A stretch of 63,944 nucleotides of DNA, counting the filler, from Octopus bimaculoides (lineage: Eukaryota), in assembly GCF_001194135.2 (NCBI RefSeq). It is 7 parts of 7 records of this genome, joined end to end, with 100 filler letters (N's around TTAATTAATTAA, not from the genome) between each part and the next. Parts side by side here need not be neighbours in the genome. Positions count along the whole stretch, not along the records: positions 18,349 to 42,279 come from NC_068991.1; 6 more parts are not named here. The stretch is one strand, 5' to 3'. Shown here piece by piece: positions 28,050 through 41,340 of the stretch (its first letter is position 1; each line of letters begins with the position of its first letter). Below the pieces are notes generated by a model. That model saw only the letters and a list, made by a program, of their open reading frames with translations, had not been told where the DNA came from and ran no database searches. A program made the translations under genes and the position numbers.

Positions 28050-29480
28050 AATAGAAAATGTCCCAAATATTCAAATAAGTTACAATGAAGAAAGGACAGT
28101 TAACTGTCCTATGGTAGCACCGCATCTTCATCGTGCAATGAAGAAGAAATAGTAACCGGAGAAGAAAAACCGCAAATGGTCGGTGAAAATATGAAAGGAA
28201 AAAGGGGAATAACTCACAGAAAAAGAAAACTGAACACAAAACTACGAATATAGTTGAGGAAGAACAATTTCTTCCAAACGACAACGGAGTCCTTTCTCAG
28301 GACAATAACAGGGAAACGGAAGAGAATGAAGATGAATTAAGATTCACGGTTCTTTGAAAACTAAGCAAAGAGTTAATCGATAAAGTTACGGGTCTCTGGT
28401 GCAATAAACTTTGCAAAGAAAATTAGAATGACAGAAAATTAGGTAAAGTTAAAATTAAGACATTATACAGAACTTAAAAGGGAACGCCCTTAGGTTGGTG
28501 ATTTTCAACACCAAATGCTTGAAAATTGCTCTGTAGCACTCGAACAGAATTTGAGAAATGGTTAAACGAACGGGGTTTTGGAGTAACTTCACTTGTTCGC
28601 ATTAATCTTACTTGACGATCATTTTTAGTTGAGTGGGACCAGGAATGATCACGCTGCTGATAAAAGATGTTGATAAAATGACATAGTTGATACATTTCGG
28701 TTCATAAATGCAGATTTAAAGATATTGATTAAATGTTAAAAGTTGGTGTCTGTATTTTCTAGTGTTACTGGACTAACTGTGATTTCAGCCCAACCTTAAC
28801 CTGGACAACATCTGTCTAAGTGATAGTCGTAGTGAGGATGGTTGTTGTTCTGAATTTGGTTAGGCGCTGAAAGTTGAAAAGCGAGGACATTCGATTAACT
28901 TGACATAACAATAAAATTTTCCAGGAAAAGTAGTAGAGATCAAGGAAATTATCATTCACTTCTTTTAAATGTATAGGAAAGACGGAAACTAACAAATTAG
29001 TTACTTAACAGTTATTATGAAGTATAGCGCATTCCTTTCACTTTCTCAAATGAATATTGATTTGCTTTATTGAAACAAATTAAGACAATGTTGTAAGAGC
29101 AATTAAACGATTTAATTACCGGCTTAACTCTCTTCCGCCGAAGATCATAATTTTAAAGAGCTAAACCTGTTAGGTGGTCAGAGTAAGTTGCACCCTATTA
29201 GACCTTGATCGCTCTATCAACGGCTCTTCGCCATTACGGTTTGTAGTTTTTATGCTGCAGAATTTGGATGCGCTGAGATTCATGTAGCTGGATTTGTATT
29301 GCAGTAGGGTGGTATCTGCATACATGGATGACTTCACCGCCCCATGACGTAGCAACAGTATGACGGATTACATAGGACAAATCCGAAGATTGCACCGCGA
29401 CACTTAGAAAACAAGTCCGTACTGTCTTGAGTTTTTCACGAGATTGAGGGTCCAGCCGAAGGGCCAGGAGATTGATACTA
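28050..29480 (+). mobile_element. Highly decayed Tx1/L1-like LINE
   Basis: RSINGSSPLRFVV (QGCPLSP-like) followed by VVSAYMDDFT (YADD-like) at about 29200-29340; upstream E/K-rich broken frames resemble ORF1. Confidence 0.5.
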
Positions 29481-31892
29481 TCCAGGTTTTCATAAATTGA
29501 AAATAACTGATAACCAGAGTAGTTAATCTCAGGAAGACATTATCCTTGGCAGATAAGCTGACAATCTTGAATGCTTACACACATTCAGGAATATATTAAG
29601 GCTTCAACACCGTGCTTTATATTTGCAATGATTTCCTGTTGTCTTTCATAGAAAAATAAATGTGAACTTAGCACCGAAAAATAATCACATTCATAGATTA
29701 TGTTGCATTCTAGGTGCCTACAACAATGAATTGTATCTACTCTATGATTCTTAATTATAGCTTGCTCGGCTAGGTCATATGAGACATAAGTTTCGTAGCA
29801 CAGCTAGCGACAAGATACAAACCTCTGAGTGGAATACAAACAATGTATTTTATGAACCCAATTATTCGCAACTATATCTATGCGATATAAGTTGTATCTG
29901 AACAGGAAAGGAACCCGTTCCCTCCATGTATCAAAAGTACACGAGAAATCTTATAAATATACTGCCTTGTGACTATTCAAAAATAAATTAATATAGACAC
30001 ACTTCGTATGTACAACACACACAACATAAAGTTAAAACACAACCCTGTGTGTTAAAATAATTTTTTGAAACCTGTCTCTCACTGAAAAATATGGTGATCC
30101 TAACTCCTTTCCAATCCCAAACTATATTAAGACGATTTATCGACGCTTTATTCGTAATATCCTCAAAATGCATATTTAACGAATCAGAAAGAAAAACACA
30201 AAAATAATTACACATACTTTATATAGGTATCGATCGTAATTTATAATGTACTATCGCATACGTGTTCGAATATATTTCTTTTAATTCAGATAACAGAAAG
30301 AAGTTACCTGAAGCATACTGTAATATTACAGCCATTCGTTGACGCGGAACGCTGTAAAATAATTTACATCTCCCGATGACATTTAACTTATGTCAAGGAT
30401 TTCAAGAGCAGCCAATAGCGTGAATTCTTAACAGAGGTTAGCAATGTTTGATATCTTTCATGTTAGAAATCAACCTTCAACACTCCATTCTCATAAGCAA
30501 CCATTTTGTTTTGTAGCTGCAGCTGTGGTGGTGATGTTACTGATGCTGTTAGTGATGGTTTTGGTAGAGAAATATCGACCGTTGACTTTCTCCTTGGTCG
30601 GCTTATTGTTTGGTTATAAAACTAGTTAGCTACTTAACAAGCTTAGCTTAGCCTGTGGAAGCGAATCGATAAAAGAAGACTCAAAGACAGAGGACTGATG
30701 TGATATATAACAATTTCAATAGTCGTTTCTGTGGAATTTATTGTCGGTAAAAGGCACTGACCGATTTATTCCAAACTATGAAACTTAAAACTGAACGAAG
30801 GTAGAAGTCAACGTATCACGTGTTTTTAACAGAAAATAAGGCTGAGTATTTTACATTTTATCGGGGAAAGATCATAACAATAAAGAGGTAATGATATAGG
30901 TGGTAAATAAGGAAGGCAAAAAGGGCAATGACGATAATGATGACGAGACTTGACGGTGACGAAGACAATGACAACAACAATGATAATATCGATGTTGATG
31001 ATGACAACGACGACAACGACAATAACAACAGCGATGATGATGACGATTATGACGAGGACAAGGACGACGACAATGCTGATTATTCTGACGACGTTGATAA
31101 CGATACATTCATTTCATACATTCTACAAAAAAAGAAAAAGAATTGCGATAAAAATATAACAACTCATACAGAAAGATCAGTGTCCAAACAAAAGACTCCC
31201 TCACCAAATGATATCTACTCATTTGTTAGTACAGCAATAATCATGAAATACTCATTTGGTCTACACAGGGAGATTAAGCACGACATTTTGATTATGTTTT
31301 TATAGACTTGGATCTGGAGAAAGTAAATGAAGTTCTGCGAGTGTAATATTTGTGAATAGAATGACTTATTTTGTCAAGGCAAAATATCAAAATTTGTAAG
31401 ATGGAATTGATCACATGATAATACTGATATTTAGTTTAATAATTTTGTAAAGCACAACAGAGAAATAAGTTAACATCCATGGTGTCGACTCTGCTCTTCA
31501 AACCACTTTACATACGCTGTTAATATTTTGTAAAATTCAAGTGAGTTTCAATCTCTAGTGTTTCCACCGCTCCAGTTCTCCACGAAAACTATGAAGGGTA
31601 AGTTAATCCTTGATGCACGTCATAGAAATGTTTTGGGTACATATTTGTCTCTAAGTCACACTCAAAGCAGAATTTGAACTCGGCGCTAAAAAATCCAATG
31701 AAGCCTAAAGTTAAACAGATACTGTTGCATATTGATTAATTTAGAGGTTCAGTTCTCTCAGTCGTCTTTGTATTGAGACATAACATGTCTAGTTTTGCTG
31801 GACACAGAGAATTCATTTTTGCCAGCAAGGTCACACAATGGAATAATTTACATCTCATAGGGAGAAGATAACAATGAAGAAGGCATATAGAC

Positions 31893-32145
31893 CAGTGGTT
31901 CTCAACCGGGGTCCGCATGACCCTTATGAGTCCATATATAATTTTTCTTGTTAAAATTTATCTGCAATAAATTGGTTATATTTCTACAATACACAAAATA
32001 TTTTAACATTTTAAAGAAATATTATTCCTAATAATATTCAATTATAAAAATAGAATATTTTAAAACATGGAATGGCTAAGAGGATCCATCCAAGTAAAAT
32101 AGGCATCTAAGGGTTCCACTGTTGAAAAATGGTTGAGAAACACTT
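31893..32145. mobile_element. hAT (Charlie-type) MITE
   Basis: TIRs CAGTGGTTCTCAACC / GGTTGAGAAACACT; left 8-bp target ATATAGAC, with TAGAC retained on the right. Confidence 0.85.
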
Positions 32146-32539
32146 AGACAGTAATGTAAATAAGGAAGGCAGAAACGGCAATGATGATGATAATGCTTGA
32201 CAATGATATCACGTTGACAGTGATGAAATAGAAGATGATGACAACGACAGATTCGATGATACAACAGCAATTGCGAAAAATAGGTTAGAAGCCGTTTTAC
32301 AGTTGCTCAACCTGCTAGAAACAGCAGCCAAAACCAGTTTGTTAGAATACTTGAAAGAAAATATTTTTGTGATATTCATGTATATATTATCCAATATCTG
32401 TATAAATATTTATGTATAAATATTTACATATGTATATGCATTAATGTTTATGTGTAAATATCTTCGTATATATGCATAAATATTTATGGGTAATATCTCC
32501 ACATATGAGTACGTTTATATATGTACGCATATATACGTA

Positions 32540-33408
32540 CATGGTGCGATGGGTAAATTGTCGCCAATTTATATATTTTATTTCGCGCATGCGCATTGTT
32601 TGTTTTTGATTTTGTCGGTTACATATAGTGGGATCAGTTGGGCACCGTCTGTGAGAAAAAAGCACCATGACGCAATTCACTCAGTCAGAAATTTGGAAAC
32701 GACATGCTATACTGCTTGACATTCGTACCGGAAGCCCCAATACGAGCATTTCAGAGTGTTTGGATGTCAATCTGAGGACATGTACTGAGAGTGATAAAAA
32801 TAAAACATCCAGTCAACATCATGGTATTTGGAATGATCATTAGTGATGGCGACGTTATGCCTTCATTCATCTTCCCACATGGCCTCACACTCAACACAGA
32901 GGCCTGCATCAAGTGCCTGGAAGAGGTATTGCTGCCCTGGGTCAAGAGGGTGACTGCTGGAAGAACTTATGTCTGGCAACAGGATTCTGCACCATGCCAC
33001 ACAAGCAGGAGAACCCAGTCATGGTTGTCAGACAATTTCTGCGACCACATTACCCCGAACATCTGGCCACGTAACTCCCCAGACAGCAACCTGTGTGTGT
33101 TATTATGAGTGGGTCGCAGTTGAGCGAGAGACCAACAAAACTCCTTTTAACACCAAAGATGAACTGAAGGCAAGGATTATGGCAGCATTCACCAGTTTAA
33201 ACAAGGGGATCGCCCAAAAGAGTTGCAGGAGATTCCGAAGTCGTCTGGAGGCCATGGTTGAAGCCAATGGCTATTTTATTGAATAAATTTAATCTTTAGT
33301 ATTTCAAGATATTTTTAATGTAATTTTGGTAAATATTTGTTAAAATGAAATGTCAGAATTACTTTCATTTTTGCGTAAGTTAGATGACAGTTTATTCACC
33401 GCACCCTG
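32540..33408 (+). mobile_element. maT (DD37D) Tc1/mariner deletion derivative with both TIRs
   Basis: TA-flanked TIRs (ggtgcgatgggtaaattgtc / gacagtttattcaccgcaccctg). Catalytic C-terminal half WQQDSAPCH..WPRNSPD; spacing inferred as D37D against the family consensus because the third D is frameshifted. Confidence 0.9.
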
Positions 33409-33416
33409 TATATATG

Positions 33417-33448
<32 letters not shown>

Positions 33449-33495
33449 TGTATGTATGTATGTATGTATGTATGTATGTATGTATATAACAAAAG

Positions 33496-33533
33496 CTGTT
33501 ACTCAGAGTTTCACGTTCCCGTTCGTCGGACAG
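33496..33533 (-). ncRNA. Minimal type I hammerhead ribozyme-like motif (CCGACGA core), copy A left arm
   Basis: Minus strand reads CUGU-CCGACGA-ACG GGAA CGU-GAAA-CUCUGA-GUA-ACAG: stem I, core with U4C, stem II, GAAA, palindromic stem III, GUA site. Confidence 0.65.
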
Positions 33534-33548
33534 TTTTGTTTAATAAAA

Positions 33549-33586
33549 CTGTCCGACGAACGGGAACGGGAAACTCTGAGTAATAG
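33549..33586 (+). ncRNA. Hammerhead-like motif, copy A right arm (stem II mismatch)
   Basis: CUGU-CCGACGA-ACG GGAA CGG-GAAA-CUCUGA-GUA-AUAG; stem II has an A-G mismatch and stem I a G-U wobble. Confidence 0.5.
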
Positions 33587-33741
33587 CTTTTCTTATATTT
33601 CTGCTGCTTTTAAATAAAGCATATTACTCTACCTCTAGTATTTGAGTACTCTTTTTTCAACCTTGTTTCACATTTGTGTGCTTACTCCGGTATATATATA
33701 TATACAAACACACACACACACATATATATATGTTTGTGTAT

Positions 33742-33779
<38 letters not shown>

Positions 33780-35450
33780 CTGTCTGTCTATCTGCATATA
33801 AGCGGAAATAGGGATTCAAAGAATCAATCATATTCACAGTTAGCTCTCTGCAGGCTGTTCAGCGAACAAAAAGACTGTAGTTGTTTATAGGGTAGAAATG
33901 AATTCACCGTGCTTTTGAAAATCCAGCAATTATAATGCTGGAAAGTATAGCAATAATTGAATTTAGGAGATGTGAGAGGTAAAAAAATATTTATTTCATA
34001 TATTTCCAGCTGTTTCATAATCTATATTCAATTACATCATCGACGCTAAAGCGCCCTACATACATATAAGTACATGTAGAGATGTACCCATGTAGTTGTT
34101 TGGTAACAGAATAAGATTATGCTTCAAAACATTTTATGGGCCTTAAACATTTCACTCTGTCGAACAAAACTAGGTCGGCTTATTGATATGAAATTTTCTT
34201 GCTCCCATTTATACTATTTTAGGTATCAGAAACGCCCATTACAGTAGCATATCAACATGAGTCAATAAAACGAAAAATGAAAATGATAAACACAAAATAA
34301 TATATGTAAGTTATTGTTGTTGTTTAGCTTCAGGCTAGCAGATCTATAATTAAGCTCCGTTTCTTTTTTTTTTTTAGAATGTATCTACTAATCCAGTATC
34401 TAATAATCATTCATTTTGAAAAAAAAAAAAAAAAAGAAAGGATGTGATTTGAAGGTGATTTGACTGGTTTTTCTAACCAGTCAAGCGATCACGTTTAATC
34501 TCCTTTGCTGTCCTATAACTGTGTAGGTTTCAGTCTCCTGCTGTGAGTGCAGTATTTGTTTGTAAAATTGTTCAAGTAAATTATTTATTATAAATCTATT
34601 CCAGTGTACTCATCCTAGAGAACTCAGAAAATATTGTCTGCAAGGTTTACTAATCATAGTTGGACTTAATGAGTAAATACGAAGTTTCTCATTATATTCT
34701 ATAATACATTTGTAGAAGATTGCATATGGCAGTTGTAAAGCTTATATCCTTCCAAAAGTTATTAGCAAAACTGATGAGCACATCCGACCGAAATCGAATC
34801 AAATTTGGACTTGACTGGGTTAAATTGCTAGCACAAAAATTAACCATCTCTAGTACATTAATGATAATAATTGTTGCTTCCCAGTTCCATAAAACAATCG
34901 TTCTTTTTTTACCGACATACAAAACTCCAGAGCTAACTCCATCGGGAAATGAACTCAGAACGACGCGTAAAGTATACTGGTTAGGACACCACCAGACACA
35001 ATTATCTACTGCATTGATAATAATGAAGTGATTTTTTTTTAATGGGATAGAAAGCCTCTTGAATCTATTTAATTTTACTGCTACTACAAATCTACCAACC
35101 TGTGAATGACCCAAATAGCTATTTCCACATCTCTCTTATAATATTATCCATCAATAGATTTTTATATACATGCCACAAGAATACCAAACATTACAAATGC
35201 TCATTCTCAAAATCTGATGGCAATCACATAACTAGATCATAATGAAAGCTGCAACACAGAGGCCATCTCCTCAATACCATAAATTATGAGCATCTAGTGA
35301 CCAAATGTGACCCTGCAATAAAGTATGATTGACATATCTAGAACAGCACTGCGGGCACACGTGAAAACATACCAAGCAAAACAGTCATCGACTGGCTGGA
35401 AAATATTCTTTCACCAACATACAACTACTCACACAATGACAAGCTGTATC

Positions 35451-35494
<44 letters not shown>

Positions 35495-37436
35495 CGCTCT
35501 CTCTCTCTCTTATTCTTTCTCTCGCTTTCACTCTTACTCTCTCTCACTCTCTCTCACACACACATACATTCTCTCTTTCTCTCTCTCACACACACATACA
35601 TTCTCTCCTTCTCTCTCTCACACACACATACATTCTCTCTTTCTCTCTTTTTCATCTCTCTAACTATATCAGTTATTGACAGTCTGAAATAACAAACTGT
35701 GTGCCACATTACATAAGCCATCTGATTCATATTGGTCCTCTCTTGTTATCTTTTCCAACAGACCCAACGTTTAGCAGTTATCTTCTCCCATACGGAATCC
35801 TCTGGATTTTTTCTCTGTTTTCCCTCTGACATCGACCTGTAAAACACTAACGACATTCTCTCCAGTAGTTCAAACCAACCAGGGACTCTATATAGTCGCT
35901 CAACCAAAGAGAAACATCAGTCAACTATCCTTTATTTCACATTGCCGTCTGAAACACGGAAGAGCCTACTGAACAAAACAGACTTTGTTGTACTATGTCT
36001 GAAAATAAACAGGATAGTCACAGATGGAATGCATTTCATCACGGCTATGGTCAAACAAAGTTGATATGAGACCAAAGAGCAACAGCAACAGCAACAACTA
36101 CAACCACTTTACAAATTAAGGAAGGCAAAGACGCAACGCACATCCTCTACGGAGTAAATTATAAAGAAGAATTATTGTCACATCACTTATATTCTATTTC
36201 TAAATCAATCACTCTAAAACGAACCTCATTAATGTTACACCACTTAAGAATTAGACTCACATCATTTCATTATTAACAGTTCACTGAAATAATCACTCAC
36301 TCATCAACTGTGATAACACTCAAATGGTACTGTACTATTGATTCGACAGCACTCGCCCACTAGCCAAACACCTCCGTAGATAGTATTCTCCTACACTGTT
36401 GTATAACACTTTTGATGCAGTTTTTACCGTGCATTGCAGCGATACTAAACAGTTCTCATGCACTTACGCAACGTCTTTTTAACTACTCGAAATCCACTTC
36501 TATGCCTGTTTTACATGATGCCATCGATCCTTTTCTTAATAACCACGTCATACATCTTGCTCTATACTACATTCTGCCTATATTGCTTATTAATCTCCGC
36601 TGTCATCTCACCACATTCAAATTTCCATTCTTATTTCACCCACTTCAAGGAGTAATTCAAATATAAATGCAAATATATGAGAGCTCATTTCACGATTGTT
36701 TGCTGATGTTATTGTCGTTGTCGCTGTTGTTGCTGGTACGACTGCTGGTAATGTGATTATGATGACGATAAAGATAATGATGATGATTACGATGATGACA
36801 CTGATGATGTTGATGATGATGGGGAAACTGGTAGGCGACAACGACTTTAAATAGAAATAAATCTGAGAGGTTTTAACGACATCGTACTCGTTTAACGACT
36901 CAATTTTCATGAGATTCTACTGATGAAACTCAGGAATTCACAGGAGTGAAGTTCTCCAGGGTTATTGGCTCGTATCTTATTAATATGACGAATGGATATA
37001 CATTTTGCGTATGAACATGAGGACGCATACATAAAGCATACGAAACATAAATGCATATATGTATACGCGTATGAATATCTATATACATACATACATTTAT
37101 GCATACATACATACATACATACACACACGCTCACACACATATGTATGTACTCGCATATACATGTATGTATAAGCACAAACACACAGATGTACATATTGCA
37201 AAAGACAAAATGCTTCAGAGAAAGCGACAGAGTAAGAGAAATGAGGGAGAGAAAAAGTGTGAGAGAAAGGAAAGACACAAAAATGATGAATACACACACA
37301 CACACACACATACGCGCACACACACACGCACGCGTGTGCCGTATATACTACAAAACCCATCAAATTCATTTAGACTGTAAAATTACCATCATTCTCATTT
37401 ATATGTGCAAATAGCTATATATATATATATGTGTAT

Positions 37437-37482
<46 letters not shown>

Positions 37483-37937
37483 GCATACATATATATGTAA
37501 ATAAATATATATGCATAAATGCATGTATATATATTTATGTATGTGTGTATATATATGTCTATATTAATTAGAGGCGCACTAAGCAGCGTTGAATGAAATG
37601 TAGGGTGTGTACAATTATATTTGACATGTTCGTGCACAGTTGTACATGGAAAGACACACGCGGCTAAAATTTTCTCGAGAGAAAAATACTCCTTATAGAG
37701 AATGTATGTCAAAAACGTATCATTGGGCAGGAAATGAAGTTACCGGACTATAGGACACACGTTTCAGTATCGTAGTTAGCTACGGGTACTGAGAAATGCC
37801 TCATATCCACTAAGAACATATTGTTCTTATATCTTTACAGTAAATGTTAAACTTGCATATATGCGTAAAGTTTTGTCAAGCAGGAATTAATTGAGAGGTG
37901 AACCGAGTAACGAAGAAGGAAATATAAGCGTGTACAG

Positions 37938-38044
37938 CAAAATATTCAACAAAATTTACATTTCTCTCAAAATATTCAACAAAATTTACATTTCATATTC
38001 AACAAAATTTACATTTCATATTCAACAAAATTTACATTTCTCTC
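37938..38044. repeat. Tandem repeat of atattcaacaaaatttacatttc (4 units, 23-30 bp)
   Basis: Direct inspection. Confidence 0.9.
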
Positions 38045-38425
38045 GAGATAATATTTGCAGCGTGTGTCTTTCCATGTCCGAGTGTATACGAGCATGCAAC
38101 ATATAATTGAACACATTTTTCATTAACGGCTGCTTAGTACGCTTCTTATTGATTAAATCTAGCTTGATAAAACTTTACACACACCACTAAATGAATTAGT
38201 TGATGTTTTAATATAAAACATCTTAGCCTATGCGCGACAACCTGGTATCCGTAGCTGACGACATGCTAACGACGCAGAAATGTATANNNNNNNNNNNNNN
38301 NNNNNNNNNNNNNNNNNNNNNNNNNNNNNNNNNNNNNNNNNNNNNNNNNNNNNNNNNNNNNNNNNNNNNNNNNNNNNNNNNNNNNNNNNNNNNNNNNNNN
38401 NNNNNNNNNNNNNNNNNNNNNNNNN

Positions 38426-38470
<45 letters not shown>

Positions 38471-38699
38471 CGTGTGTGTGTGTATTTGTGTGTGTGTGTG
38501 TGTATTTATGTATGTATGCATATATCTATATTACATTAAAAATGAACTTCAATCTTGCTTGCTTGCAATGTTACACAGCCAAACTGGCGGATTTTGGGAA
38601 AAATAGTATGAAATAAGGTTCCCTTGAAATGTGAATACAAACGTACGCTTTTTGTATCTGCTTTTTTCTTTTTCTCCCTTCAGTCTGTAGTCCTTGGTC

Positions 38700-39228
38700 G
38701 TCACGTTGTGTGGTGTGGTGGTGGGTATAATTGTTCCATTCGTGATTTCTGTTGAGGCTCGGTCTGTCTATTGCTATGAGTGTAGCCTCTGTGATCTGTC
38801 TAAGTGTCGTGTCAGTTCTATGCGTTGATAATACTTTGACCCCTATGCTACCGACTGAGCCTCTATGTTCTGCTTGAGCATGTTAGTAGGGCACGGACGA
38901 GCCTTTCTCTTCTTTGAGCTCTCGCCAATGTCACCTATATGTTCTCCTACGCTGCGTACTTTCTCTGCAATGTAAGTAATTGTCATACTTCTGCACCGTC
39001 CCTCGTAAGCTATACACTACATTCCTAACCTTATAGTTAACCTGTGGGTTCATCCTACGTACAATACAATTGTTTTCCGCATATGGGGACCTATCGTAGG
39101 GATAAGTTTTATAGATCAGGGATTTTATAGGGGCACCAGGCCTTTCTATTACTTTAATCCGTAGATTGGTCTTACCTAATGTTTTTCTAAAAATGTATGC
39201 TAGTTTACCGCCAGTGGTACCCGTCGTA
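38700..39228 (-). mobile_element. Penelope-like (Neptune-type) GIY-YIG C-terminal remnant
   Basis: Translates as KVIERPGAPIKSLI..RNVVY..H..KVLSTHRTDTTLRQITEATLI..LNRNHEWN, with stop codons. Confidence 0.7.
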
Positions 39229-40229
39229 TATATATATATATATATATATATNNNNNNNNNNNNNNNNNNNNNNNNNNNNNNNNNNNNNNNNNNNNNNNNN
39301 NNNNNNNNNNNNNNNNNNNNNNNNNNNNNNNNNNNNNNNNNNNNNNNNNNNNNNNNNNNNNNNNNNNNNNNNNNNNNNNNNNNNNNNNNNNNNNNNNNNN
39401 NNNNNNNNNNNNNNNNNNNNNNNNNNNNNNNNNNNNNNNNNNNNNNNNNNNNNNNNNNNNNNNNNNNNNNNNNNNNNNNNNNNNNNNNNNNNNNNNNNNN
39501 NNNNNNNNNNNNNNNNNNNNNNNNNNNNNNNNNNNNNNNNNNNNNNNNNNNNNNNNNNNNNNNNNNNNNNNNNNNNNNNNNNNNNNNNNNNNNNNNNNNN
39601 NNNNNNNNNNNNNNNNNNNNNNNNNNNNNNNNNNNNNNNNNNNNNNNNNNNNNNNNNNNNNNNNNNNNNNNNNNNNNNNNNNNNNNNNNNATAGAGGATT
39701 ATTTATATATTCTATGTTTGTCATTATAGTACTCGGAGTTTTGAATGTCGGAGCGAAGTGTTACGATGCATTCTCGTCGCCTATTAATGGCAACAAATGC
39801 TATAAAAAACCGTTGAATAAAAGGGAAGTTATTCTAATAGGTAGAAAAAGAAAAAAGAAAAAAGATAAGCAATTCATGCAACCATATTCTCACAATACAT
39901 AGACATAAACCTCCTGCGTTCATAACGTCTACATACGTACACACTCACACAAGCATGTATACGTACATGCACATACACACACACAAACATATATGTGTAT
40001 GTACGTACCCATACAAACACACATTTCCACATACACTTAAATCTAAATATATAGATCTACATAAGAAAAAGCATTTACGCCTGTAAACGTGAACACGTAT
40101 TTATATGATTGCCTCCTTATGCATACAGGCGTATATACATCTATAGATATATGCGTACATAAATTCATATATATGGTCGTCCGAATACTCAGTTTACATG
40201 TATCTCATCCACAACACTTTTACAGTATC

Positions 40230-41340
40230 TATCCTACATTCGGCCTTCTAAACTAGTCACTGCAAGTGTTCAACGACAGAGAAGTAGAAACTCGCAAGCT
40301 GCTCAGTGTTACTGAAAACTTCAGCATCAGTTGAGATGTAGACAGGTTATACTTCTCGGGCAAGGACTGTAGTCATGGTTTTTTATTTGTATTGATGTCA
40401 CGTGGTGCATGTATTGAGACACTGAAACAACATCTACAATACAGGAAAGAGGCCAGTAACTATCTTACCCAAGTTTGCGGCTACGAAATCAATGACATAA
40501 TTAGGATAGTTAATGAGACGCATGAAATAAGAGATGATATAGATCTCTTTCTAAGGACCATTGGTAAATTCTAGCTTTTAGAGGAAAAATATAAAAAGAC
40601 CAGTTCGTTGGGAATGTAGTGCATGGGTAGTTGGTGCATGCCGTAGAAGGAATAAATCACATCGAAAAAGCTCGGCATGGAGTACCGTCAAGTTTATGAT
40701 ATCCCACTTTGAAGGCTACATCCATGCAATCCAAGAACAAAAATTCCCACCAAGTACCTACAGCATAAACAAAGGAAACATTGACAGACAACAAATTTAG
40801 GCTGAGCAAAACTAAACCTGAAAACATCAAGGAACTACGAGAGAATGTCTTTTAGATATTATCTCCCCATAAAGCATAATGTGGTGGCCAGAACAGTCTG
40901 GGACAGGATCAGAAAAAAGAAAACTCCAACAGACTATATTCAGACCAATGGCTCAAAATAATGTTGATGGAGCTTAAAAATTTAGACAAGTCACTAAGTT
41001 TAAAACACAGCCGGTTAAATATTGTTATATGGGACATGAAAAAGTATGCTATGTTGTGGAAATCAGTTGCAGTCTGGACACCAATGTGATCAGAAAAATG
41101 TAGGTGAAAGAGGTCATCTACGAAAATTTATGATAAGGAGTTTGCAGATCCAAATCCAGTACATATGATACACTTTCAGTTTCATACCTATTATTATCGG
41201 AGCAACGGAATAGGTACCAACCTGTCTGGAGCAAGGTATGGCTGAACTGTGTTCTTGAAGAGAGAATGTAACTCCTTAATTCACACGTACAAATACTCTG
41301 GAGAATATAAATCTGCAAGACTTTCTTAAGATTTAAAGGA
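40230..41340 (+). mobile_element. R4/Dong-like non-LTR retrotransposon 3' remnant (restriction-like endonuclease)
   Basis: FEGYIHAIQEQ..PTKYLQHK; HNVVARTVWD; KHSRLNIVIWD..VVEISCSLDTN; FIPIIIGA; ICKTFL, in multiple frames. Confidence 0.72.

Larger units (their letters stand above)
33488..33690. mobile_element. Palindromic non-autonomous element (inverted pseudo-LTR-like arms with hammerheads), copy A
   Basis: Inverted arms around ttttgtttaataaaa; the right arm ends gtgcttactccggta; embedded in TATG/TA microsatellites; shares sequence with 43765-43967 and 58905-59110. Confidence 0.75.

Noticed and set aside
30872-31305. Asp/Asn-rich 125-aa ORF
   Set aside because: A degenerate GAC/AAC/GAT microsatellite with no non-repetitive coding context.
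34771-34800. CUGAUGA..GAAA..AUC hammerhead-like match
   Set aside because: Stem II has only one base pair and no stem I can form; likely chance.
34692-35450. Overlapping ORFs that might be a host exon
   Set aside because: Broken frames with at most a vague resemblance to an old L1/Tx1 C-terminus; not enough support for either call.
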